A stretch of DNA of 63,632 bases, taken from NCBI GenBank assembly GCA_021432655.1, contig MU271448.1:1-63632 (forward strand). Direction: 5' to 3'. The notes beneath the pieces are model-generated. The model was not told where the DNA came from. It ran no database searches and saw only the letters and a list, made by a program, of their open reading frames with translations. Position 1 is the first letter of the stretch, and every line of letters starts with the position of its first letter. The stretch is from Atractiella rhizophila. Its lineage: Eukaryota. The position numbers and the translations under genes were made by a program. Below are positions 12,865-24,937 of this stretch, piece after piece.

Positions 12865-13867
12865 CTAAGATTCGAGAATTGTCTTGTATCCAAAATCCAT
12901 CAGCAAACAAACTTGGAATGGATTAATTTCAGCAGATCTTAAATCAGTTAGAATCCCGTAAAACAGTCTCCATAAATGAGAACCAAGAGGCACAGTCAGC
13001 AGCAATATAAGACCTGGTGCTTTCATGCACTTCTGATAAAATGGCAATAGGGTAACAGTGTTGTTATCAAACCTTATTACCTCTGGCTCTTCGTTACTTC
13101 TTATCGGGTCTGCTGATTCTGTTCAAAAAACAAGAAAATTGAAAGTCATAATCAGCAGTAATCATGAGATGATGGATTCAAATCTCACGCTTGCATTCGT
13201 TTGTTGGAGGCGAAGGAAGTCTGATCTGAGACCAAAGAGGAAAGGGTTTGGTGAGAGGATATTAGAACAATGTGCTTTTTTTAAGGCGTCCCAGGCCAAC
13301 CCAGGCGCGTTATTTCTATCCATATTTTGTCCCAATATAGTACAATTCCGAGTGTTGTCGCACTTCCTGTCATTGGTCGTGGGAACTCCATGGAAACGCT
13401 CTATCATTCAGGTTCTCAGAGAACTCAAGGGTCATGTTCCCCATCAATCCCTGCCTCCATTCCTATGTGAAGGAGTGACAATTATCCTCTTCTGTCTGAC
13501 ACCAAGGATCACTGCTTTATCAGAAGAAACAATGACAAGACATGATACAGACCAACACACGTGATCCTCTTGAGTCAGACCGAAGAGTTGCGAAGCCAGC
13601 CAAGAAATTGAGATGCTCACCAGTTTGACCAAGTTTGACCCCAAAGTTGCTAAAAAGCGTCCGTCTGGGGACCGTAACAGTATCGCATTTGTCCGCACTG
13701 TTGCCGTGTACGTCGTGGACTGAACATTGCTCATTCCCTTGTCCTCGCACGCACAACTCGATGATCGCCTTCAAGGTTTTCGCGAACTCGGTTCGACCAT
13801 ATGAGCCAGGATGGCTCGGCGTTGCGCTTGGGGCTTTCTCAATCAACGACCGCTTTGCCTGGGCCAT
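12865..13867 (-). pseudogene. Possible decayed multi-exon gene with weak WD40-like fragments
   Basis: ATG at 13867 (MAQAKRSLIEK...), plausible donor sites, and fragments RSPDGRFLATLGSNLVKL, DHVCWS and GIVLYWDK. No continuous frame could be built. Confidence 0.2.
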
Positions 13868-13903
13868 TTTCTTCTTCTTTCTTCGTTTTAATTCTCACAC
13901 ACA

Positions 13904-15405
13904 ATGTCCAGTTTGCCCCGATGGCATCATGACCATGATCCAGCCTCTTCCAAGTGGGGAAAGCGCCGCCTTCGCCTTACTTCACTTGCCCTCCCTTTGA
14001 CCTTCCTCCTCTTCGGTGCCTGGCTTCTCTCTCCATCCGACCCCCTCATCTCAACTTCATCTCCCCCGACCGCATCCTCACTCGAAATATCGAAAACTGT
14101 CCCACAGCAGACTGCATGGACATCTACACATCCACCTCCCAGACCTCTGTTCAAAGAGAACAACGGGGACGGTGAAGAGGAGAAATTTCTCACATTTTTA
14201 CCGCACAGCGGATTCCACAACCAGAGGATCGCTCTCCAGAACGCACTTTCTCTTGCAGCTTTCACGGGTCGTACTCTCCTTCTTCCACCAATATGGACCG
14301 GACGACCCATACATCTCGATACCTATAAATGGTTGAAGGGTCGATGGGAAAAGGCGGTTGGAGATGGACATGGAGGGATGGAGTTTGTAGCGTGGGATTT
14401 TATGTTTGATTTGAGCTTTGTGGAAGAGGCCGGAGTGAGATTAGCAAATCGATGGGGTCGGGAAATGGAGGAGTCGAGATTGTTAGAGAGCTTAGACTTT
14501 ACAGAAAAAGATGTGGTGTGTTCTTTCTACTTCTACCGTTACCGAGAGTCACACATCCTAACGATATTTGGCGAGAAAAGCTGCGAATAGAGGAGGAAAT
14601 AGCTTTGCCGAAGATCCGGTACGATTTACAATATGTCTCAACTCCATCGCCAACGAACTCGTTGATCGATGCCATCCCTTCATCAGAACTAGTCAAATTT
14701 CACCGCAATATTTCCCTCCCCATTCTGCGCACTCGTCCAGAAAAGCTTTTACTATTCGGTTCTCTCTTCGGTACAGATCGTTTTGTCTTGGATTCCTCCA
14801 TCGAGTACACACCTGAGTGGTTCCGTGCGCGATTAGTGCCGAGGCAGGAGAGGTTGAAGACCGTCGCGAGGAGGATGGCAGTGATGCTCGGTGGTGAACA
14901 GAGGTACATCGGTGCACTAGGTCGAGTGGGAGATGGAGTATTCAAGAAGGAGGAAGTGGAACGGATGCAACGGCTCCATGACGAGCTGATTGTACAGTTG
15001 AACAATCAAGAGAAGCCGAAATCCGGGAAGGGTGGAACGCTTGACTCCCGCCTCGCCTGCAAGAAGAAGTTACATACGGAACCTTCGAAACAGGTGTTCA
15101 ACGCCCCCCTCTACCTTGCAACTGACTCTCACTCACCGTCTACACTGCCCTCCCTCGCACCACTATACGAGACTTTCCCTTGCTTGTTCACACTCTCCGA
15201 CTTCATGCCGCTCCTTGAAGAGGAGATTGACGACATCATGCATTGGAAGTCAGATGATGGCATCAGTATTGGATCTTTGATGCTTCCCATGCTGGATGGG
15301 ATGGTCGCTGCTGGAGGATATGTCGTCCAAGGAACATGGGGAAGCACCTTTGGGGATTTTGCGATGGGCCCATTGCATAATTATTATTCGGCAAATGGCA
15401 TCTAG
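13904..15405 (+). CDS. Type II membrane GDP-fucose O-fucosyltransferase-like glycosyltransferase (fungal CigA-like), one intron ~14517-14590
   Basis: N-terminal TM (LALPLTFLLFGAWLL), FLTFLPHSGFHNQRIALQNAL...RTLLLPP, LLFGSLFGTDR, RVGDGVF, PLYLATD, FPCLFTLSDF and GTWGSTF. Confidence 0.8.
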
Positions 15406-15654
15406 GTTGCTGTTGCCAAATATTGTTGATTAGGAAGTTGTGGTTCGCTTTGTGATTGTATCTAATTAATACTGGGTCTTGGATTTGGGTCCTCTTTATT
15501 GGTAACTAATGATAGAAGCATTTCCTATCGATACTTCGTAGTTTCGCTACAGGGTTGGGAGAAAATCAATAAAATAAAGACCATCATAAAGGAACCACTT
15601 TATACTGTCCAAACAAAAAAGGAAGAGTGTGACATCTGTTAACGGAAAGAGTGT

Positions 15655-17107
15655 TCAGTAGTAATTTCGATTCCGTCCCGTACAGCAAGCGAAGAAGAAC
15701 GGGACGATAGAAAACAGCAAAGCAGCTACGCTACCCCAAATAATCCATAACGCACTGCCGTAGCTGAATTTGATTCCTAGTGGTGTTTGCACAGGAGAAC
15801 CGACGACAAGATCGTTAATATCGTTCTTGATCTATACCAGGCGGCTAAGCAATTAACGACGGACGAGGTGAAGGGAAAAAGCGCACTTTAGCCACAATGA
15901 CAGTCCATATAATGGCGCCAACTGCTTGGAGAGCTCCAGCAGCGAACGCAAAACCAGCCGCGAGAAGGTAGGCGTATCTATGCGCTCCAAATCCGAAGAT
16001 GAGGGCAATCCCAGAGAAGAGGGCTCCGATGAAAAGAAAGTAGAAAGCGGCTTGAGAGAGCCGCTCTAGGTATCCTGTCGAGGTGAATGTGGACTTGGGG
16101 ATGACGGCGGCTACGGACTCGGTATATTGTGGAGGAACGTCTGAGAGCAGGATTGGATAAGGCTTGAAGGTAGCCCCGAAGGAGGTGGAACTGCACTCGG
16201 CCCTGTCCGAAAGGGGGAGGGAAGCGTTAATGTATGTGCAGTGACCTGTACTCAAAACCAGGGATCAATATCAAAGTTCGCTTCTTTAGTAGAGTATAGA
16301 TAAACAAGAAAATGTTAGAGCTTGCGTGCTCAACTTAACTCTGTCCCTGGTGAAACGAGATGCGACAGTAAGATATCAAATAGAGACCAAAACTGTTTGT
16401 ACTTCCGCACATTTAGGTCAAACATGCTGCGAACCTGATGAGATGCTGAATATGGCACCTCGGATACCTCCTGGGGACATCACAGTAGAAAATCAAGATT
16501 TCAAGGCTTGCTCTATTTCCCTATACACCCTGACAAGAAAACGGATCAAGATGAACATTCAATGAACACAGATCCCCTTCTGCTAGCTTTGTAATGTGTT
16601 GAGAAGGATGCAGCGTTGTTGTGCAAAACAACAAAATAATGTCAACAACTCCAGATTGAAACACATCCAGACCGTCTTTTACTCCCGCTTGACAGCAGGA
16701 CAGCTTCAATAACAGCTTGGAGTATGTAGTGAGGACAACAAAAGGCTGAGAGGAGCTGTTAACACGTGAAAGTGCACCAAATGCAGAAAGAGCAGCCGGT
16801 CCAACTAGCCCTTAGTGCTTCTCCGAAGAAAAGACTCACTCCAAAGCCCCCACTCATATCTGCTCCCAATCCCTATGGCATTCCCTGTAGGTACCGTCCC
16901 ATCCCTTGCATAAAGAGCTGTCAAATTCCCCTCCTGTCCCAACGCAGCACCGAGTCCGACTCCAAAATGGGAAACGTCTAACATCACTAGGCGCAACTTT
17001 GTCGGTATGCTCTCTACGCTCGTTTGAGCGATTTGAGAGAAGATCGTAAGGATTATGGAGGATATTATGAAGAAGACGGCCAGCAGGGAACACGGGTGGA
17101 ACGCCAT
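15655..17107 (-). CDS. SUR7/PalI family tetraspan membrane protein, 3 exons, long first intron 16246-16839
   Basis: N-terminal TM, a claudin-like YEWGLW|SHC...C motif formed across the intron, three further TMs, YGSALWIIWGSVAALL, ending CCTGRNRNYY*. Confidence 0.8.
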
Positions 17108-17442
17108 CCTGCCTATCGAAACCGTAAGTTAGTTGCACAACATCACTTTAGCTTAGAGGAGGACAGACCAGACTTCTGAGATAGAGGTCTATCGACACTG
17201 CGGTCTGCCTGAAATGGCTGATAAGGACGAATGCCCTTCCCGCTATGGTGTTCGCTGGAGATGGTGGTGCTCGCTCTGGACCAGGTTCAGAAATAAAGTA
17301 TCACGTGTTCTGCACGAGCCTAATTCCCAGTTAACCGTTAAATTCTATTCTCGAGTACTCAAGCTAGCGTCCTTGAATTGCACAAAAGGAATTGATTTAC
17401 CCTTTAATCTCAAGTCCAGCGAGCCGAGACTGCCTCAATACG

Positions 17443-19319
17443 ATGGAAAAGTTAATGGAAGTGAATGGCTTTGTGTTCTGTGGGAAACATGGAATTGAGC
17501 TCTGCACCAAATGCTGCACGGACTTGCGCATGGTAAGCCAGCATATCGATACCTGTGACGCGTTCAACTTGATTGCTTAGATCAATAACTTTCGTTTTAG
17601 CGATAAAGAGAGGGCGAAGCTCCAGAATGTTTTCGGAATTGACTTCGACCTCGACATGGTGAGCCCTGATCTTCTCACACTGTGCATTACTTACGATAAT
17701 GGGTGAACAGGACCGAAAACCTCTGCAAGCGTTGCGACTCGGTGCGACTCCCTGCAAGACGAAGCGGTCAGACGGCTCATTCGTCTACAAATGCGATACT
17801 CATTCCAAAGATGATTGCAAAGACTGCTTTGACTGGATGAGCATCATCACGTCTCAGAAGACGGCAAAGAACTCTGATGGCCTTGTGGGAGAGCGCGGTA
17901 TGCTCATCCGGCTTCTCCAGTCATTTGGGGTGGACGCGTCGGAGTCGAAGCTGAAGGTGGAAGACTTGGAAGCGAAGCTCATGAGCGCGCTGAACCTGGC
18001 TCAAGATCTCAGCAAAGTGCTCCCGGATGAGGGGAAGCTCGATTTCTCACACCTAAAGCTGTGGACTGTGAGCACGCTCCCTCACATACTAAGTGATGCT
18101 AACTTGGAGTAGGCAGGTGACCGTTCTCTCAACCAGCTGATGGCACATATTTCGCTCGGCGAAGGCTTCTCTGCGGGCAGTCTGACAGGAGGTCCAGCGT
18201 CAGCTGCGACTGATGAAATTTTCATGGAGCTTCGGAGTACGATCGCTTCAGTCGCCCACTCCTTTGAACAAGGGACGAGGAAGTTTCTGTTTCAGAACGA
18301 GGAGCAGTCGGAGGCAATCTGCTTGCGTGTTCGTTTCTCCTTCCTCAAAACCATGAAGAAATATCAAAGTAAAAAGCAGATCGTAGACGTGTACGAGTTC
18401 GACAAATCCACGCCAGTCGCGGCGGTTCTGTACCAATTCGCAGACAAAGCGACACCGACCGCCAACCTCATTGATCTAGCCGCGAGCTGGATGCAAGAGT
18501 CCAAAGATGCCTACAAGAAGATCCGTACGGCGACGTGCGACTCTCGAGAGCAGGCTCTTCTTCGCAAGCTCCTCTACAACAATTCCAAAAAGGCTTCAAG
18601 CGATTTTCAGCCTGCTCGGACGCGTCACGAAGAGAATATGAGGCTTTCATTTTTGCTCCCGATAGGTAAGCATCGGTTAACGCAGAGAAGCGGCCTAACG
18701 GGAAGGAAGCTCCTCTGTCCCAGGCACAGATCGGGAAAATAAATAAGGATCTGGGCTGCGACGTTTGTGGGAAGCTGGGTACGAAGCGGTGTTCTCGATG
18801 TGGAAACGCTGCGTATTGCTCGAAGGGTGAGTTCTTTGATCTCTGACACTTCTGGCTCAATTTGTTTTGGCAGAATGTCAATTGTCTGCTTGGTCTTCCC
18901 ATAAGGCCATCTGCAAGTCGCGCTCTAAAGGCAACTGGCAGACGTTCCACTTCCATACCTGGGGAGGCATGGCAGCCATGTCGCTCATGAACTGGCAGGG
19001 TAACCCTTCTCAAGCCATTACGAAAGACCCAGCGGCCACCCCTCCGGATCGGCGTGGCGACGAGGAGTTCCTTGTCAAGATCCAGGTGCCGCTCGGCGGA
19101 GGAGCCTCGAGCTCTTTCCTCACTTACGATCGGACGAGGAAATTTCAGGTGTCGTTGAAGGCAAGGGGGGAGGATGAGATGGAGAGGTACCAGATGCTCA
19201 TGAGGGAAATTGAAAAGAGCACAACTGGCCTCAAGGTCTATAGATGGGCGAAGAGAACATCCGACCAGTCAATTAGCGTTTGTTTAGATAGGGCTCCAGA
19301 GAAGGATCCCAGTTGGTAG
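17443..19319 (+). CDS. MYND zinc-finger protein, multi-exon
   Basis: N-terminal FCGKHGIELCTKCCTDLRM and CDTHSKDDCKDCFDW Cys/His clusters; MYND CDVCGKLGTKRCSRCGNAAYCSK|ECQLSAWSSHKAIC; C-terminal FLVKIQVP...TYDRTRKF...GLKVYRWAKR...DPSW*. Confidence 0.85.
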
Positions 19320-19819
19320 ACGCTCGTCTTTCGAATGATTCGAAGAATATATTTCACATACTGCTCTTATTTGTCCTCCATTTCCTCTTATCCCAGCCGC
19401 ATATAACTTTACCAGTTGTAACGATAGTTACAAAACAGTGAAAAGATCATGTAATCGACCAAGAACTTCTTGGATAGATCAAAGGTGAACAGCAAGTTAG
19501 GAGTACTTTAGAGCTAGAGAGAGCTTGGGCTTTCTTCGCAAGTCGTGACAGAACTTTCAGACTGGACACCGATGGCAATGACCTTGCCAATCTTCCTTGA
19601 AGTAATTCCCCCGAATTGGACCAGACCACCCTCCTTTGTCAGTTCCTTGGGCAGACCGGAATAATGCGACATCGCCATGATCATTCGAGGACAGTAAAGC
19701 TCTTGGATGAACAAATATGCTCCACTGTGCGATGTCAAATACCCACTAAATAGAGCATAAACTTTCGAGTGGTACATTAATACATGGAGAGGATTACAGT
19801 GGCTGCTGAGAACAAGTAT

Positions 19820-21020
19820 CTAAATCAATACCCAATCTTCCTCGCAATCATCTATCACCTTTGTCTGAATCCTCATAAGGGGTTCATAAACCTTCCCAAT
19901 GGTATTATCACTTGTGGTAGTAACTAACCGTATTTTCTTCGTTCGGAAGCCATTGTTAAATTGAATCAAGCGGTTGAGTAGCCTGAGTTCCTCAAACGCC
20001 AGGGAGGTGGATTCAGATTGCTCTTGAATTCCAAGTGTCAACCCCTCCCTCGCGTCCATCAACTTAGCCAGCTCAAGCCATAACCCCAACTTTGTCCGAT
20101 CCACGCCATTCAAAGGGGTAAAACTGCACCCGACAGGTAGAAGGACTTCAAATCGCTCCATCTTCCACATCTTCCCGTCTCTCTTTAGATTCCTCGTGTA
20201 GTTGATCCATTCTTCAGGCGGCCGCTTGTCCAAAGAGATCTTGAGAATTCTCATGCCTCGAGATGAATTCATTAGTCCTCTAACAGCCTCGAAACAGAGG
20301 TTGCAACGATGCAGTTCGAGAGATTTCAGACTATGCAACGCAGTAGGCCATTCGACGTGTTGAACCGCATGGAAATCCCAAAGAGATAGATGAGTGAGCG
20401 CGGTGAACTGATGTAGGCGGAAGGTGATATAGTTGAAGGAGAGTTTTGATCCTACAGAAGAAGCTCGAACCGTAAGGCTGGTGAGGGATGAGCGAAGATG
20501 GGGAAGAAGGAGGGAGTTAAAATATCGGAATGCAAAGAGAGTGCACATGTCTATCGCCCGAGTACAGGCACTCGTGAGCTCTGACAGAACACCGAAGAAG
20601 ACATGTCACAGTACCATCTAACCAAATCTTCGACAACTGGCAGAACGCAAGCAATGCCACATGTTCATCCCTTTGATTCTCGGCCCAATGGTTAGACCCA
20701 TCCCAAAAATCCAACTCTCGAACCAAGCTTCGGAGGCCTTTATTCGCACTGATCGTGTGCATAAAAAGCTTTTGAGAGTCGCTGCCTAAGAAGCATGGGT
20801 GTGTGTACAGCGTTTTTCGCGCCATGGAGAGAAGTGACGAGTTTGTGGTGCACAGAGAGGTGAGAGTAGAATACGTTCGTCTCGCATCGATAGAGTCTAG
20901 AATGGCGGCATTATGTCGTATGCGGTGGATATGAAGACGATCGTGAGGAATGAATTGCGAAAAGATCTTCAACTGCAGCTTTTGTGGAAGAGATGGCAGG
21001 CTGACAATCGAACCATCCAT
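19820..21020 (-). CDS. F-box-like/LRR-like protein; joining the two frames needs a very short intron (~20581-20614) or a frameshift
   Basis: LPSLPQKLQLKIFSQF...LTSLCTTNSSLLSMARKTLY...LVRELDF, followed by LRR-like LTSLTV, LTHLSL and LKSLEL segments. Confidence 0.55.
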
Positions 21021-21224
21021 GTCGGTTATTAGTTTCAGCTAACACGACGAGATAGTCTTGAAGGCTCTTTTACATTGGCAGCATGACTACGTGTCATGGG
21101 GACGTGGCAGGAGTGACTTGCTCCGCTAATCCTGTAGCCACGTATGTCGTCCGGTGATATGATGGTGACTAATCTGCTACCCAGTCACTAATTTGGAGTT
21201 AGAGAAGGTAGAAGGCTACCAACA

Positions 21225-22946
21225 TTAGCGCTTCAAAGGGTCGATGGCGACCGCCTCCCCTCCCCGAAATCTCTCATTCCATATCCCCTCCTCGGCTTCT
21301 TCTCCTCCTTCAGTTAAAACAAATCTCGCTCTCAAGTGTCGAAATTTCCTTTGTATGTAACTCATGAATCCTTCGTCCCATTCACCAAACGGAAGGCAAA
21401 TTCGAACTCGCCTGCGATTCCAGGTCGAACCCTCGGCGGTTCGTTGGGGAGAAAAGAACCAGTCCATAACATCGATAAAGGAGGTTGGGAGCAAGGAGCA
21501 ATATTTTAAGTCGAGTTGGATGAGGTCCTTTAGTGTCTGTTTGTCTCGAAGGAGCGAAATGTGGATATCTGAGAAAAAGGAACATGGAACCAGCTGCGAG
21601 CTGTCGTGTCCTCCATCGACGTAGATCCTTTTCAAAAACGAAGCAGTGTGAAACTGGCAAGGAGGAGAGCGTAACGGCCAGCCCAGCCATTCTTGAAAAG
21701 CGGAAGGGGAGTGAGGAACGAACGAAACATCAAAAAATTGTAGGGACTTCAGGACGGCTGCAGCGAGCAGTTGTTCGTGCATCGACGGCGTAAGAGGCCA
21801 TATGGACTTGAGTCGCAAAGCTCGAATCTGGCTGAGGTCAAAAGGAAGAGTGTCACCGAAGAGATGGCAATGTTGCAAGTCCAGGACAGCGAGTGTGAAA
21901 CTTTGTGCTGCGTGAAAGTCGAGATAGAGGTGGAGAAAACGGAGTATCGATATTCGAGACGAGGTCATGCTTAGCAGGCGTTTAATCTCCTCAGTAGACC
22001 AACACCCCGCCTCATTTTCTCCGTTTTGAACTGGAGACATGATTCTTAGTTCATCCACAAACTTTAATTTGCAGAGAGAGTCGACAATATCCTTCCTGTC
22101 GTGTTCACCTGATGGTAAAAGTGCTATCTGAAGCCTCCGCGCATTCGGCGTCCCTTCGATTAGCGCTTTGAGATCAATGCCTTGGGAATCGTCCTTCGAA
22201 TACCGTATATTACGCCAACGCAAGCCGCAAATCCTCTTTGTCGCAAGAACTTCGATCTTCTCCACGTTACTCTCTGGCTCATCGCCGAAAATGCCTGCGA
22301 TATCAGCCCACAGTCTGCAGACGCGAGAAGCAAGCTGAAAGCTCCCCGCATGGTCAAGATGTTCGAAAATAAGTGTGAGGAGCTCATTGGGAAGTTTTTC
22401 GATTGGAGAACCTGATGGTCGCTTTGCGAGATGAACGACAAGGACAGGATGAGAAAATCCGATGCTGGTGTTTGGAAGAGGCTGGATTTCGAGCGCTTCT
22501 ACTCCTCCTAAGGCAGGTTGGAGCCTTGCAACCGTGACGAGGTCTGGAACCAAACGTGATCGGCTGAGCTCGACTTCAACCCATTCGTCACGAGAAATAT
22601 CGCGACGCCTTGTTGACGTAGTTTGTATTCGAGTCGTCCAGTCCCAGGTAAAAGTCCCATTCAGTTCGATATCGATGTAGACGAATAGTGGAGCGTCGTT
22701 TGATACCTTAATAGAAATCGGAAGGCTTGTGGCTTTGACCGGAGTGGACAATCGCAGGAAGAACTTGATATTGGACTTGGGCAGCTGTCGCAAACTCAAA
22801 GGGACGCTGAAGGCTATATAGGCGCGCACGTTCCAGGGCAAAGAGGTGAGATGGGATGTAAAGCAGATGTAGTCTTCAGGAGGAAATTCAGGCTGTGCTC
22901 GTTTGCTTCTTTTCAAAGCTCGGAGGGACCTGATGATGGTGCGCAT
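21225..22946 (-). CDS. F-box protein with LRR-like region, single long ORF
   Basis: ~570 aa ORF containing SPIEKLPNELLTLIFEHL...LASRVCRLWADIA, LRR-like segments, and C-terminal VDGGHD/YCSL/GEWD/EGG motifs. Confidence 0.8.
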   Translation of the reverse strand: MRTIIRSLRALKRSKRAQPEFPPEDYICFTSHLTSLPWNVRAYIAFSVPLSLRQLPKSNIKFFLRLSTPVKATSLPISIKVSNDAPLFVYIDIELNGTFTWDWTTRIQTTSTRRRDISRDEWVEVELSRSRLVPDLVTVARLQPALGGVEALEIQPLPNTSIGFSHPVLVVHLAKRPSGSPIEKLPNELLTLIFEHLDHAGSFQLASRVCRLWADIAGIFGDEPESNVEKIEVLATKRICGLRWRNIRYSKDDSQGIDLKALIEGTPNARRLQIALLPSGEHDRKDIVDSLCKLKFVDELRIMSPVQNGENEAGCWSTEEIKRLLSMTSSRISILRFLHLYLDFHAAQSFTLAVLDLQHCHLFGDTLPFDLSQIRALRLKSIWPLTPSMHEQLLAAAVLKSLQFFDVSFVPHSPSAFQEWLGWPLRSPPCQFHTASFLKRIYVDGGHDSSQLVPCSFFSDIHISLLRDKQTLKDLIQLDLKYCSLLPTSFIDVMDWFFSPQRTAEGSTWNRRRVRICLPFGEWDEGFMSYIQRKFRHLRARFVLTEGGEEAEEGIWNERFRGGEAVAIDPLKR

Positions 22947-24937
22947 GCCTATTTTCAAGTCAGCAATCAAAATATATGTCCCAGAACAATAAGTAGTTAC
23001 GAATTAATGCAGGGTCAACGTACGGTAGATGCTTGGGCGCTCGAGAACTGAGAAAGAAAGAGCGAATAGACAGGTGACACGCAGTGACACGTGATGTCGC
23101 CTGAGCACCAACAATCCACAGTCATGTCGCACACAAAGCTTGATGTTGAAGCTGCAAGCAAAGAATTTTAGAGTAGCAGTAGTATAGTAATCCATATGAC
23201 AACGCCTACAATAGGGATAGTGGATGGACAAGATTGTCTGAGTCGGTCAAGATCAACGGGTGCAGAACAAAACGCTGTCTCAGAGTCGTGATCTATTTCA
23301 TTCCGCTGATGATCTCTCAGCATACTCACTTCATCACTTGCTAATGCTCTGGATAATTGAGTTGCAGAGCACCACAAATCAAGGGGTTGTTTACCTGATG
23401 ACGCGGAATCAAAGATGAGAAGATGAACAACGTCCTCAGGCTCTCAATCGCCTCGAGTTCCCGACAGGAGTCGAACGAGCGAGCAGTCTAGTAGCCATCG
23501 AAAAGGTAGACAACGCGCTTCATGGCTATCCCAATCGTCTCAACGTGCCGCGAAAGAGCAAGCGAGGATTGTGAATGAAACGCGCGACCCGTTGGTACAA
23601 CCTTACCAAAACTTGTAGACGATTTAACCAGCAGCGCTACAAAGGGACGAAGGTGATGAGGAGGACTGTGTGGGCGCCTCCTCACGAAATGAAAGGATCG
23701 AACAGGACCACTGGAGTGGGTGAGGAATCGAAAAGTAGAAGTCAAAGTCTTCGGGTGTTGCTTTCATTGCGTTCCTTTGCCAAAGACGATACGACCAGTT
23801 CTCAGTGATGTTACTGAGATTAGATTTCGTTGTCCCGATCAGGGTGTTCTCAAACCATGCTGGAGGCGTTCAATTTCATTAATTTTTGTTCTTCGTCTTC
23901 CATGCCACCCCTCCCCTTCATGGAATATCCCAACATCGTAGAAGTCGTTCAACCTCCTTCCGAGATCGCTCCACTCTTATTTCTCTTCTATTTGATGTCG
24001 CTTCACTTTCTTCCTTATATACTCTGCGGCTGGTTTACTCGTTCTATCGTAGTTCAAGCTTGTGTCTGATCTGGCTGATTGATTCCTATTCTTATTTTTC
24101 TCAACATCTCCAACCTATAATAAGCAATGTTACTCTACTGAATGACAAATCGTTCCATCAGATTCATGACTTGTACCATCCATCGAGGCATCGAGGTCCA
24201 TCGTGCCAGATTCAAATCCCTATCAGCGAAGTTGACCATCACTCAAGTGCATCTTCCCACCCATTTCTTTCGCCAGTCTACTACTCCTGCTCATTGTTGT
24301 ATAGTGCTTCACGCTCGCCCCATACGTCAATACATGAGGAACCGATTTCCACAAGCAATGTTTTACCAACAGATCTGATAGATTCAATGCACTTGCACTG
24401 GTCTCACCTCATACCATAAAGGCATCAGCCTGGCACGAAAATATTATTGCGCTTTCCCGTTCACCATCCTTATTACAGCCCCGAACGGACAGACCCCACG
24501 AGCTTGTGGCGTAAGTAAAGGTTGGAAGAGGAGTGTAGCGCGACTCCTTCTGGGTTGGAAGAGCAAAAGTAAGCATGCGCCATTCCTCCGGCGCTGAAAG
24601 AGTCGTCAGGCCCGTACGGCCCTCGTTTTCATTGCTCCATTCAGGGAACCACATGATGATGATGCACTTCCTTCACCACTGCAATCATGATGCAGCTGTG
24701 GTAAATTCAATACTTACCTCCCTCCTGTTGCATCGTACACCACCTATATTCCTGTACACCCCTCTCACCATCCATCACTGACGCTGGCGTTTACCGCCCA
24801 AATTGTTGCGGATAGATTCGATTGGTGGTATGCTGTAGTGGGTAGATGTAGATGGATGGTCGTTCTTGGACCAGCTCGATCGGGTGGCAAAAGTTGCAAA
24901 CGACGATCTCCTGTATTCTGTCCTCCTATTTGCTCCT

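Noticed and set aside
23460..24420. Protein-like fragments suggesting a transposon relic
   Set aside because: No RT, integrase or transposase motif, and no LTR/TIR could be identified.
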